Source: Hypanus sabinus
Taxonomy: Eukaryota
DNA length: 64,000 bases
NCBI RefSeq assembly: GCF_030144855.1
Contig: NC_082712.1
Span: forward strand, 10,292,001-10,356,000
Direction of reading: 5' to 3'
Each line of letters starts with the position of its first letter. Positions within the stretch are counted from its first letter, which is position 1. The notes beneath the pieces are model-generated. The model saw only the letters and a list, made by a program, of their open reading frames with translations. It was not told where the DNA came from and did no database searches. Of this stretch, positions 1-11,800 are shown piece after piece. Made by a program: the position numbers and the translations under genes.

Positions 1-2910
1 AATTATTTTCCAGTCCTCAGTTGACCACAACACAATGTCAGGGCGGAGAGGTGTGTGCACCACTTCCGGGAACTGCAGCCTCCTTCCTACATCGAACCTC
101 ATCTCCCAGGACCTGGCCGCTATCAGCAGATTTGGCTTTGGTTGTTTGGTTACGAAAGGCCTGGCTCCCTCTTTGATGAAGGTGATGACCTTCCTCAAAT
201 CTGTGCCTGTCCTCTTCTTGCATCTCTCTAGCTCTAGAGTGTAAGGAAGAGCCAGCAGCACCTTATCATGGCGCCACCTACACCACCCTTGAAATAGAGC
301 TGTTTTACACCCGGACAGCAAATGAGCCAGTGTCCCATTTTGACGACAGAGCTTACATTTCGGGTCCTCTCTCATCCCCCATGTGTATAGATGTAATGGC
401 GAAGGAAGGGTGTCATACACGGATCGCAAGAGGATGGAACGACGGAAGGGTTCTAGTCTGCATAACTCTGCCCACGTGAACTTGTGCTTGGGCAGATCCC
501 ATTTTGTCCCGGCACTCTGGGACACTTGTTCCACTGCCTTGGAAATCTGCTTCTCTTCCTCACGGATCTGTACTTCTTCCTGTACCATGTCTCGCCTGTT
601 ACTTATGCTCATGTTTCCCCACTGCTGGAAGTGATCTGAGCCGAGGCCTTGCCGCCCGAAGCAGGGTTTGCTGATGATATCCCGCAGCTTCAGAGAACAC
701 ACTGCCTGCTGTACTGCTGCGTTGGCTGCCCACTTGAGCCCAGAACTGGTTGTAATGCCTACTTGCTTTGTCATTGGAATCTCTCAAACTTAATAATGCT
801 CTGCATTTAGCCACCTTGAATTCCTCCACAACAGAAGACAGGGGAAGCTGCAGTTGCCGGGATTGAATATAGAGGCCCGCTGAAGAGAAGCTTGGAGGAA
901 CACCTAACCATCTCCGCAGGTGCTTGTTGGATTTCCTACTGCAATCATGGGGATCTCGTAAAGTGTGAAGAGCCAGAGGAGTCTGGGCAGAAGGCCGTAC
1001 TGGTACTGCCAGAACTTGAAGTTTGCCGGGAGTCCGGATTTGTCAATCTTCTCAGCCATTCATCTTTCTGCTTCACAGCATTTGTGACATTGGCCCCATC
1101 TGACAGTGACGCATTAAACCACTTCCCCAAAAATTTAATCGGGTTATCTTCGATGGAAGGGATGACCTCACCCTGAACTTGGAGGCTAAACTTGATAGTT
1201 ACTTTGCCCTTTCTGATTACCATACACCTGGAATTCTTGACCTTGAAGGACATCCTCGCCCAAGTGGCTACATTGTCCAGGGTTTCCAATACCCATCTTG
1301 CTTGGATATGTGGCACAGTTGTTATAGTGATGTCGTCCATGAACCCTCGTAGAGCCGGCTGGGCAATGCCCGACTCTAGCGTCGGGTCGTGGGTTACGTC
1401 TTCTGCTGCTGATATCATGAGGGTCACTCCCATAATAAATAGGGTGGGGGAGATGGTGCACCCTGTTAGAATCCCCTTCTGGAGGTCCGGCCAACTAGTT
1501 GTGAAATGGGCTGATGTAAATCTGCGTATGAATCCTCCTGGGTGATCATGTTTCGAATAGCCACTGGGATGTAGTAGTGATCAAGTCCTTCTAGGATGAG
1601 GTCATGTGGAATAGAACAGTAGGCGTTCGCGAGGTCTAACCAGACAACTGTTAGGTCACCTTCTTTTCTGCTTGGCCTGATGGATCAAATGGCTAATCAT
1701 TGAGGCGTGGTGCAGACACCCCGAAAAGCCTGGAATGCCGCCTTTCTGGATGGATGTGTTGATACAGCGGTTCTGCGTCATGTAAGAAGTCAGCCTTCTT
1801 GCAAGTACAGAAAAGAAAATCTTACATTCACATCCAGGAGAGAAATCGTCCTAAACTGGGCAATTGTAGATGAATCCTCTGCGCTTGGAAGAAAGCAACC
1901 CTCTGCCAATTTCCAACTGGATGGAACAATACCTTTGCCCAGATCCTTCTCATGACCTTCCACAGCCTCCGAAGACGTTTTGGGCATTTCTTATACACCT
2001 TATAAGAAATATAAGGCATATGCCGGTTGTGCCTGGGGTCGCTGATGCTTTAGGTTTCCGGATGATGTGCTGGATTTTCTGCCATGTAAGCTCCTTCACA
2101 TTCAACTCAACTGATGTTTTTTTTCTGATCTGTGCACAACCCAATTAGTTTCTAGTCCCTGACTCCTCCGTGGGTCGGTGTGTGCCTACCTCTGGCTTCG
2201 AGCAGGATAGTATATCAGATTTTTGCTGGCCGAGAAGAGCCCTGATGAAGCAGAAAGTATCTCACAAACTGCGCTCCCCTTTTCTCGTTCTTCTTTCTTT
2301 GCTGTCGAAGATGTTCCGCCCTACGGAGTTTACACAGCTGTTCCCGCCCCATGCTGGTTAAATCTTTGATACCTTCTTTTCAGGTCGGTGAGTTGGTTTT
2401 AAACCTCTTGTTGAGCGTCTTTATTTCGGCTCTCAAGCGACGAACCTCCCTTTCCCTCCTATTTCGTTGTGGCTGTAACTCAGGCTGACATCTCCGCTCC
2501 ATTGGGCCAAATCGTTCCTCAGCTAGATTGTATGCTATGGCTGTCAGTGAGTCGATCTTTCTGTGTACTGGGCCTGCTAAGGCAACTTCCAGGATGCCGT
2601 CTAGATCATCATCGAACTGCATCCAGGCGACGTTGTCTGACGATCTAGGCCATTTCACCCTCTCTTTCCTTGACGAATGGATTGGGGTAGACGGAGGGGA
2701 ACTCACTTGGTCTGTTGTTTGGTGCTGAGGCAACTCAAGTGCGGAGAGATCTTCAGCTCTGTGGGGTGCTTCCTGGCTGTCAATCTCCTTCGTCTCACCG
2801 GATGCGAAGTCCGTGCACTGCCCTTGGGTCACCATTGATCCACATCTAGCCCTGCTCTGGTGTACAGCATCTGCAGGTTTTCTCTCGTTTGCTTCGACAT
2901 ATCCATACAT
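1..2910 (-). mobile_element. Decayed Hero-like (R2-group, restriction-like endonuclease) non-LTR retrotransposon; continues past the window start
   Basis: Minus-strand fragments in order: N-terminal region (HQSRARC, ERVKWP); RT (FRTISLLDV, GFMDDITI, KFLGKWFN); CCHC knuckle (CKLC...LAHLLSGC...WRHDKVL, about 260-370); RLE motif LRPDIVLWS (about 15-60). Multiple frameshifts and stops. Confidence 0.8.
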
Positions 2911-3175
2911 TTGTCTATCATTTAGTGGCTATTCAACGGGTACGTTTAATCCGAAAGGTATCTCAAAACGCTAAATAGTCTACATACATTTCTGAAGGAG
3001 TCGCTCTTATGATACAACGAGTATTTTCTGCGATGCTCCCACAAACAGCAAACGACAAGTACTGACTGGGAAGCCTCAGGTACTTGAGCCAGTTCCCAAT
3101 GTCCAGCGACTGACTCGGTGAATCGGATTTCAGTCACGTCACGGCAAGAGCCTTCAGCATTAGTACATTCAGTAC

Positions 3176-3221
3176 CTGAGTTTCTCACAGTAGAGAACGG
3201 CACCCGTCACTAAAAGGGCGA
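3176..3221 (-). pseudogene. Remnant 3' half of gene A TM exon (ALLVTGAVLYCEKL-R)
   Basis: Near-identical to 36273-36318 of gene B, including the AG|gtactg donor. Homology breaks at 3221 and resumes at gene B about 36440, so the acceptor and Lys codon are missing. Confidence 0.85.
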
Positions 3222-3399
3222 ATGTAGAATGATTAAATCCTGTAGGTGTGTAGACGAGTTTGTCATTTAGTAGATTTATACTGAAGAACCTACAGATGAT
3301 AACGTGTGTGAAGCAATAAGAAAGGGACATCAATCAGAATGTAGAGATGAGAGTGACAAGAATTAAACATTTGAACAAACAGTTTTTACCCGTAGTAAG

Positions 3400-3790
3400 C
3401 CCATAGATCATAAGGTACAGGAGCAGGTCTGGGCCATTTGGCCCATCGAGTCTTATCCGCCATTCCGTCATGTCCAATATTTTTATGCTTTTCAACCCCA
3501 TTCTCCTGCCAGCTCCCGTAAAATTTGATGCCCATTCTAATCAAGAATCTCTCAACCCCCGCTTAAAGACAAACACTTGACCTTCACAGTGGTCTGTGTC
3601 AACAAATCCCACATATTCACCACCTTCTGGCTAAAGATATTCCTCCCCATCTCTGTTCTAAACGGACGTCGCTCTATTCTGAGGCTGGGCTCTCCGGTGC
3701 TAGACTCTCCCACTGAAAAGATACTCTCTACGTCCACTCACTCTCGGCCTTTCACTGTTCGATATGTTTCAACCAGATCATCCCCCACCG
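3400..3790 (-). mobile_element. CR1 3' fragment, shared with the paralogous position about 38320-38690 (predates the duplication)
   Basis: ORF remnant SLRIERRPFRTEMGRNIFSQKVVNMW and a CR1-type 3' tail; same position in both paralogs. Confidence 0.7.
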
Positions 3791-4277
3791 ATTCTTCAAA
3801 CCTTCACGAGTTAGATAACCTTCTCTTATTTTTAAAACAAAATTACATACCATCTGGTTTTCTGTGTACCCACCGATTTTCTCTGCTTTTCCATATTATC
3901 CCAGATGAACATTAAACAATCCCTTACATAACTCAAGCGAGGGATCTTTACTCAATTATTAAATAAAAAGAAGGTAATGTATTTTTATTCTGCCAATTTC
4001 CAGCCGATTCTCTCAGCTTCTCTGTATTCCACTGAATCTTTCTCTACACCCTCTACCCCATTCACCTGCTCCCTTCTCCACCCACCCCACCCTCCCTGTG
4101 GAGTGACAACTGAGATTCCTACCTCCCCACCGCCCCCAGGCAACTGGAGCTAAAGCTGACCCTCAGTAGCGAGGGTGCTACAGCCGGAACGTCATGAGAT
4201 GCGTCTTCCTATCCCTGCTCCCTTCCTCCCTCTTGCATCCTTCCCGTACCGTCCAGAATGTAGCAATGGTCTCTTAC

Positions 4278-4667
4278 CTGGTGTGACCTGCAGCTGGATC
4301 TCACTCTGGATCACATGGATAAATGGGGGTTTGACGCGGTGTCTGTAGGATGAATAATCGTGCTCGCTTTTCCTGAACTCAGCCAGACAGAGGTAGCTGT
4401 GACTGTCCTCTGCACTCAGCTGCTTTATCCTGATCCAGGCATTTCCCAGCTCTGGGTTCCCAACAAGCTCGTACCGAGTCACTCCGTTTTCCGTTGCCCA
4501 CGATCCATTTCCTTGATGCCTGAAGGTGACGATGTGTTGGTAGGGATCCTTCCTCATCCACGTCACCGTGTGTGCGGTGAGGCTCTGCTGAGGCCGTGTG
4601 AACACACAGGGTAACGTGACCGAAGCTCCCTCGGTTCCAGTCATCACTGAGACACTCTCATTGGGAG
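4278..4667 (-). CDS. Gene A exon 3: second V-set Ig domain (V2), Siglec-15-related, lacking the essential Arg
   Basis: 390 nt, open. Acceptor ccttccctcag at 4668-4669; donor G|gtaaga at 4276-4277; phase 1/1. Motifs LPCVFTRP, VTW, RYELVGNP, D-x3-YLCLAEF. Confidence 0.92.
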
Positions 4668-4959
4668 CTGAGGGAAGGACAGCTGCCAGAATAAATCAGT
4701 TAACCCTCAGCAAAAACGTTTAACACTGACAAAACTTCCAGTCTACAAAATAATAAAAACTCCCCACAGTACCCTCCTGAATAAAAACACCACCCATCTG
4801 TGTCTCACTAATTGCAAACCATTCAAACAAAAGCAACTCTTTTGAACATGAAACAGTCCCATCGGGCAGGAGATAGAGAAGCCTAAATATCACACCACCA
4901 CGTTCAGGAACAGCTAATTCCCTTCAGACATTCAGTTGTTGAACCAACTGATACAATCA

Positions 4960-5330
4960 CTAACCAGTAGAAAGTAACGAGACTAACCATTGCAGTCTAA
5001 CAACACCAATCAGCACGGTGTAACACTAGCCATTACAGTGTAACAATGCAAATCAATACACTGTTACAACACCAATCGTTTAAGAGTAACAACACTAATC
5101 AGTAGAGTGTAACAACACTAAACACTACAGCTTAACAACACTAATCAATACAGTGCTACACTAGTCGGTGCAGTGTAACAAGCCTAATCAGCACAGGGTA
5201 ACAAGACTAATCACTACAGTGTAATTGCACTAATCACTACGATATAACACTAACCATTACAGTATAAGAATGCTACAGTGTAACAGCACTCGTCAGTGCA
5301 GTGTAGCACTACAGTGTATCAACACTAGGG
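4960..5330. repeat. Degenerate minisatellite, about 20-25 bp unit (aacactaatcagtacagtgt-like)
   Basis: Repeated acactaatc/acagtgtaac motifs, heavily diverged. Confidence 0.65.
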
Positions 5331-5583
5331 CAACTGCATTAAAGTGAATTTTGTTTTTCCTTTGTTATAGTTGTGTGCTTTCATGTAAAAATGTAAGGAT
5401 TCTTGTAATAATTCATTTTTAATTTTAATTAATGGGCGAGACTAATAAATGCATTTCCACCTCTGAGTTTTCCTCTGTTCCCTGTTTACTCTGTAGCTCT
5501 GCTGCACGTTGCATTCACTTTAAATAACATGTTATTAACATGCAACACGAATGAATCAGCAGATGCTGGATATAAATTAAAAG

Positions 5584-5720
5584 CACAACATGCTGGCAGA
5601 ACTCAGCAGGTTAGGCAGCAGCTATGGGAGGAGATAGTGACAATGTTTCGGCCCGAAACGTCATCACTACCTTCTCCCATAGATGCTGTCTAGCCTGCTG
5701 AATTCTGCCAGCATTTTGTG
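5584..5720. repeat. Inverted-repeat (hairpin) formed by two head-to-head Penelope-derived short-element termini
   Basis: Left arm atgctggcagaactcagcaggttaggcagcagctatggg matches the reverse complement of the right arm; centre tttcggcccgaaa at 5646-5658. Confidence 0.75.
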
Positions 5721-5894
5721 TCATTAACATACTTGTGGAAATATTTTGTTTTACGTGCTGTGTGTGATATATGTTGTGTGGGTGCACCGTGGTCCAGAGG
5801 AACATTGTTTCATTTGGTTATAGATATGTACAGTCATATGACAGTAAACTTGAACGTGACAGGAATCTCTTCAGCACCCTCTCCGGTGTCATAG

Positions 5895-6145
5895 TTTGAA
5901 CACTGAACGTGTTCAACACCCTGAGCTGGTGTGCTTGAGAAGGAATACTACTGTGAACCCTGTCCAGTGTTATACTTACTGTACTAAAAGTGTTCGACAC
6001 CCTGAGCTGGTGTGTTTGACAGGGAATTCTACAGTGAACCCTCTCCAGTGTAATACTTACTGTACTGAAAGTGTTCAACAGCCTGATCTGGTGTGTTTGA
6101 CAATGAATTCTGCAGTGAACCTTCTCCAGTCTAAATACTTACTGT
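5895..6145. repeat. 81-bp tandem repeat, array 1 (about 3 copies)
   Basis: Same unit as array 2 (tactgaaagtgttcaacagcctgagctggtgtgtttgac...); more diverged. Confidence 0.85.
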
Positions 6146-6589
6146 GGAAGAAATTGAAAGCATTATTACCGATTAGGGACAACAGGGTTAAGCCATTTCT
6201 GTCAAAGCAGCAGTACTGTCTGCTCTCGGTAAACTGCCAACTAACTAACCTTACCTGGATATAAGTAACTGTCTCACAGGCCTGCTTGTACTTTAAACAG
6301 GATATGGTATCTTGTTTTTCAATGGAATCATTGTTCCGTAATCTGCCCTAACGCTGCAGGCAAAGTAACTTTTAAGCTGATTGATGCTTCAGGTAATCAC
6401 TGAGAACATGCTGTGAAATTTCTCTATTCTATTTGTGTGATTAAGTGCTTCTTGAGACGTAGATTTTGACTATAAAATATGAGTGTAATCTTTTAAATTT
6501 TTGAACTCCGCTTTTTAGGAGTCTGAGCTCTCCATGGTATTTTCTGAAGCAACATTCCCTCCCGGTCCGAGTAATAATTTTCCGCAACA

Positions 6590-6945
6590 CTTACCGTACT
6601 GAAAGTGTTCAACAGCCTGAGCTGGTGTGTTTAACAGGGAATTCTACAGTGAACCCTCTCCAGTGTAATACTTACTGTACTGAAAGTGTTCAACAGCCTG
6701 AGCCGGTGTGTTTGACACGGAATTCTACACTGAACCCTCTCTAATGTAATACTTACTGTACTGAAAGTGTTCAACAGCCTGAGCTGGTGTGTTTGACACG
6801 GAATTCTACACTGAACCCTCTCTAATGTAATACTTACTGTACTGAAAGTGTTCAACAGCCTGAGCTGGTGTGTTTGTGAAGGAATTCTACAGTGAACCCT
6901 CTCCAGTGTAATACTTACTGTACTGAAATTATTTAACAGCCTGAG
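6590..6945. repeat. 81-bp tandem repeat, array 2 (about 4.5 copies)
   Basis: gaaagtgttc recurs at 6601, 6682, 6763 and 6844 (81-bp period). Confidence 0.92.
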
Positions 6946-7329
6946 CAGGGAATTCTACAGTATACCCTGCGTTATATAAAGATAGGACAGCAAGCTGTTT
7001 ACTGTTTACCTGTGCTGCGAACTACATGCTTTCTGAATTATACTTTTTTAGTTATTTCTTGGTAATATAGTGTTTTATTAACTGTGTGTGATATATGTTT
7101 TGTGAGTCCACCTAGAGCCGGAAGAAGGTGGTTTCGTTTCGTTCTGCATCTGTGTACAGTCAGATTTCAATAAACTTGAACTTGATAGCTGCTTTTCTGA
7201 GGCAACGCTCTGTGCCTGTGTTGCTACGGCAACTGGATTTTCACTGCACCTGTGCAGACGCGTAGGCAGACGTGCAATGAAAATCGCACCTGCAGCAGCA
7301 AGTAAGTTCAGTTCCAGTCAGTTCATTAT

Positions 7330-8150
7330 AGGAAGGATGAGGAAGCTTTAGAGAGGATGTAGAGGAGATCTACCAGGATGGTGCCTGGATCAGAGAGTCT
7401 GTTTAATGAGGAAAGTTTGAGCAAACTGGAGAATTTCTCTTGGTAGTGAAGAAAAATGAGAGGAGATTTGATATGGGGTGAAAAAGATGATAAAAGGCAT
7501 AATCGAGCAGACAGCTAGAGTATTTTCCTGGGGTAGAAATGGCTAATATAAAGCGGCATCATTTTCAGGGGGTTGGTGGAAGGTATAGGGGGGATGTCAG
7601 AGGCAGGTTCATTACACAGAGAGTGGTGGGTGTGTTGAAAACCTCGCCAGCTGTGTGGCAGAGGCAGGTACATTTAAGGACATTTAAAAGGGACGCCTAT
7701 GTCAAACAGGTCAATGGGTAGAGGCAAAAAAGAGTAGAAGCTAAAAGCGAAAAGCGTTCTGTATGCAGGTCAGTGACCAGTGGTGTTCCTTAGGGAACCC
7801 TCCTCTTTGTGATTTTTATAAATGACCTGGAGGTCATTTACAACACAAGGTTTTGTAACACAACACAAAGGTTGGGGTGTTGTGGATAGTCTGAATGGCT
7901 GTCAGAGGTTACAGTGGGACATCAATTAGATGCAGAACTGGGCTGAGAAGTGGCAGATGGAGTTCAACCTAGATAAGTGTGAAGTGATTCATTTCGGTAG
8001 GTCAAATTTGAAGATAAAGAGAGAGACTCTTAGACAGGTACACGGATATTGCAATAATGTGGGAGGCAAGGGCTAGATTGATCTTGGAGCAGGTTTAAGG
8101 GTCAGCACAACATTGTGGGCTGAAGGGCTTGCACGGCGTTGTAGTGTTCA
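7330..8150 (+). mobile_element. Fragmented CR1 RT/3' remnants
   Basis: GGRYRGDVRGRFITQRVVG; VTSGVP-like and WAEKWQMEFN-like segments. Confidence 0.7.
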
Positions 8151-8301
8151 ATGTGCCAGTGTACATGAGAATCACGTGCAATTTGACATGATTATCCTGC
8201 AAAATGTACTAGTAAGTTATAAATAAAATAAGTTTTCAGGAAGATAAAATGACAAATGTTAGTAGAGTTTTACAACTCAATGTTTGAACATCAGTCCTCA
8301 C

Positions 8302-8685
8302 CTCCCACAGACAGATCTGTTAGAATCACCGCTTGAAATTTGCCAACATTGAGCTCCACCCGGCACCAATACCGACCACCGTGACTCCGGTTCAGACGCT
8401 CCACCATTATCGAGATGTCCCTCTGACTGAGATCCCCCACTAATGCGAATCGCCCTCCTCCAGCCTTTTGTGTCGTCGTATCGCACCAGGAGGGGCCGGA
8501 ACTGGGATATGTGCAGTTAAACACCAGATTTTTAGCACCTGATTTCTTCCTGTGCCAGATCACGGAGCCATTCAGAGCGACGTCAGGAGGTGGGTGGGTG
8601 AAAGTACACGGTAACACAGCGGAGGCTCCTTCCACCGCAGATATCACATCAGCGCCGGACATTGACCAACCATGGGTCGAATAGT
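8302..8685 (-). CDS. Gene A exon 2: Siglec-15-like V-set domain (V1) with essential Arg (YWCRVEL) and extra Cys pair
   Basis: 384 nt, open. Acceptor (CT)n-ctgcag at 8686-8687; donor G|gtgagg at 8300-8301; phase 1/1. WSM, AVLPCTFTHP, VIW, VFNC-x9-C, GRF, VERL and CRVE match the remembered Siglec-15 V domain. Confidence 0.93.
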
Positions 8686-8864
8686 CTGCAGAGAGAGAGA
8701 GGGAGAGAGAGAGAGAGTGATTAGGAGGACGGGTAGTGGTCGACATTTGAACAACAAGCTATCTGTATCTGTGGGGGTGAAAGAACATTGAAGTTTTGGG
8801 CTTGCATCAGGACTGATCGAGGACTGTTGAATAGCCAGAAGAAAAGGAACGGGCAGTCTGAGGG

Positions 8865-11800
8865 GACCGACAGATTGAGGAGTGGTGAGATAGCAGTCTG
8901 ATGCGACTGATGTATTGAGTGGTCTGAGTTGATTAATGGATTGAGGAGGAGTGAGACATGATTCTGAGGCGATAAATAGATTGAGGAGGGGGAGACAGGA
9001 AACTGAGGTGACTGAAGGATTGAGGAGGGATAATAAAGTAGTCGGAGTTTATTGACAGATTCCTGAGGAGTGAGAGAGGAGACTGAGGTGATTGATGGAT
9101 TGGGAAGGGGTGAAGCAAAAGCCTGAGTTGTTTGATGATTTGTGGAGGGGTGAGACAGAAGTCTGAGGTGATTGAAGGTTTGAGGACGAGTGAGATGTGC
9201 CTGAAGTGATTGATGGATTGAGGAGGGGTGAGACAGGATTCTGAAATTTTTGATGAATTGAAGATTTGTGAGACGACTCCGATGTGATTCATGTATTGAG
9301 GAGTGGTCAGACAGAAGATTGAGGTGATTCGTGGATTGAGGAGGGCTGAGTCAGCAGACTGTGGTGATTGACGGATTGAAGAGGGCTGAGACGGAAGCTT
9401 GAGTTGATTGATTGATTAATTAATTAAGAAAGGGAGAGACAGGAGATAGAAGTGATTGATGGGTTGAGGAGGGGTGAGACTGGATTATGTGGCAATTGAT
9501 GGATTCAGGAGGGAGGAAACTTTTCTGAGGTGATTGATGGATTGAAGAATGGTCAAACAGAAGTCTGAGTGATTGATGTTTTGTGTCGGAGTGAGACAAG
9601 AGTCTGAGGTGATTGATGGATTGAAGAGGGATGAGACAGGTGTCTGATGTGATAGAAAGATTGACTAAGGATGAGACAGGAGATTGAAATGAATTCTGGA
9701 TTGAGGAGGGTTGAGGGAGGATTCTGGATGATTTGTAAGTTGATGATGGATAATGCAGTGCTCTGAGGTGATTGATGAAGTGAGATGGGTGAGACAGCAT
9801 TCTGAAATCATCGATGGATTGAAGAGAGGAGAGTAGTCTGATGGGATTAAAAGATTGAGTCGGTGAGGCAGCAGTCTGAGGTGCTTGAGGGATTAAGGAG
9901 AGATTGGAGTTGTATCTGAGGTGATTAATGGGCTGAGGAGGGGTGAGACAGTATTCTGAGGTAACTGATGGATTGAGAAGTGTTGAGCAAGATTCTCAAT
10001 GATTAGTGGTTTGAGGAGGAGTGAGGCAGTGGGCCGAGGTGCCTGAAGGATTGAGGAGGGATAAGATAGGTGCCGAACGTGATTGATGGGTTGAGGAGGG
10101 GTGAGACAGGAGTCTGAGGTAATTGAAACACTGACAACAGGTGAGGCAGGAGTCTGAGATGATTGATGGATGAGTATTTTGAGAGTAGAGTCGCAAGTGA
10201 TTCCTAGATTGAGGAGACAGTATTCGCGGCTTTTGATGGATTGCTGATGGTTGAGAAAGAAGTATCGGATGATTGATAGATTGAACAGGGGTGAGACAGG
10301 GGTCTGAAATTGTTAATGGATTGAGGAGAGTGAGAGTTGACTATGAAGTGATTGATGGATTGAGGAAGCATGATAATGGAGTCTGAGGTGATTGATGGAT
10401 TAGGGAGGGTTAAGACAGAAGTTTAAGGTGATTATTGGGTTGAGGAGCTGTCAGACAGGATGCTGAGGTGATTGATGGATTGAGAAGCATTTAGACAGGA
10501 TTCTGGGGATTGATGGATTGAGGAGGAGTGAGAAAGGAGACTGATCTGATTGATGGATTGAGAAGGGTTGAGAGGAGTCTGAGGGTATTGAAGAATTGAG
10601 GATTGAGGAGCAACGAGACAGGAGTCAGAAATTAGTGATGAATTGAGGAGGGGTGAGATGGATGTTTAAGATGATGCATTGAGGACGGATGAGGTAGTTG
10701 TCTGAAGTTTTTTGATGGATTGAAGAGGTGTAAACAGAAGTCTAAGGTGATTGATGGATAGAGTATTGTTGAACCGTGTCTGAGGTGATTGATGGAATGA
10801 GGTGCAGTCTGACTTGTCTGAGGTAATTAATGCTGTAAGGTGGGGGCGACATAAGAGTCTGTGATTGATAGATTAAGGAAGGGTGAGAAAGGAGTCTCGG
10901 TGATTGATGCATTGAGGAACAGTGAGTCAGGAGTCTTCTTCGATTGATGGATAGAGGAGTGTTGAGAAAGGAGTCTGAGATGATTGATGGATTTCTGAGG
11001 GGTGAGAAAGGAGTCTCGGGAGATTGATGAATTAAGTACGGTTGAGACAGGAGCCTCGATTGATTTATTTATTGTGGACGGGTGAGACAGGAGTTTCAGG
11101 TGATTGATGGAATGAGCAGCGGTCCGACAGGGGTGTGAGGTAACTGATGGATTTTCAACGGGTGAAACAGGAATCTGAGGTGATTGATGGATTGAGGAGG
11201 GGTGAGACAGGAGTCTGAGGTGATTAATGAATTGAGGAAGTGTGAGACGGAAATCTGAAGTGATGGATGGATTGTGGAGGAGTGACCAATGGATTCAGGA
11301 GGGGTGAGGCATTTGTCTGAGGTAACTGATGGATTGAGGAGGAATGAGGCAGGACTCTGAGATAATTGATAGATTGACGAGGTGAGAGACAGGTGTCTGA
11401 GATGATTGATGGATGAGGAGTAGTGAGACGAGTCGCAGGTTATTGTTGGTTTGAGGATGGCTGAAACAAAGTCTGGGGTGACTGAGATATTGATGGAGGG
11501 GTGATACAGGATCCTGATGAAATCGATGGATTAAGGAGGGATCAGTCAGAAGTCTCAAATGATTGATGGATTTTCAGTAGGTGAGACAGGAGTCTGAGCT
11601 GATTGATGGATTAAGTAGGGTTCAGACAGGATTTTGAGGTGATTGATGGATTAAGTAGGGTTCAGACAGGAGTCTGAGCTGATTGATGGATTAAGTAGGG
11701 TTCAGACAGGATTTTGAGGTGATTGATGGATTAAGTAGGGTTCAGACAGGATTTTGAGGTGATTGATGGATTAAGTAGGGTTCAGACAGGATTTTGAGGT

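Noticed and set aside
6255-6410. Possible extra exon (cacag acceptor to cag|gtaagg donor) between V1 and V2 of gene A
   Set aside because: All three frames contain stops, and there is no counterpart in gene B.
5895-6945. 81-bp repeats as a CRISPR array or a repeat protein
   Set aside because: Units are contiguous with no unique spacers, there are no cas genes, the context is vertebrate, and no phase-compatible splice sites were found.
4200-8320. V exons as rearranging Ig/TCR V segments
   Set aside because: They end in splice donors after a complete G strand, I saw no CACAGTG heptamer/nonamer after either V exon, and the motifs fit Siglec-15.
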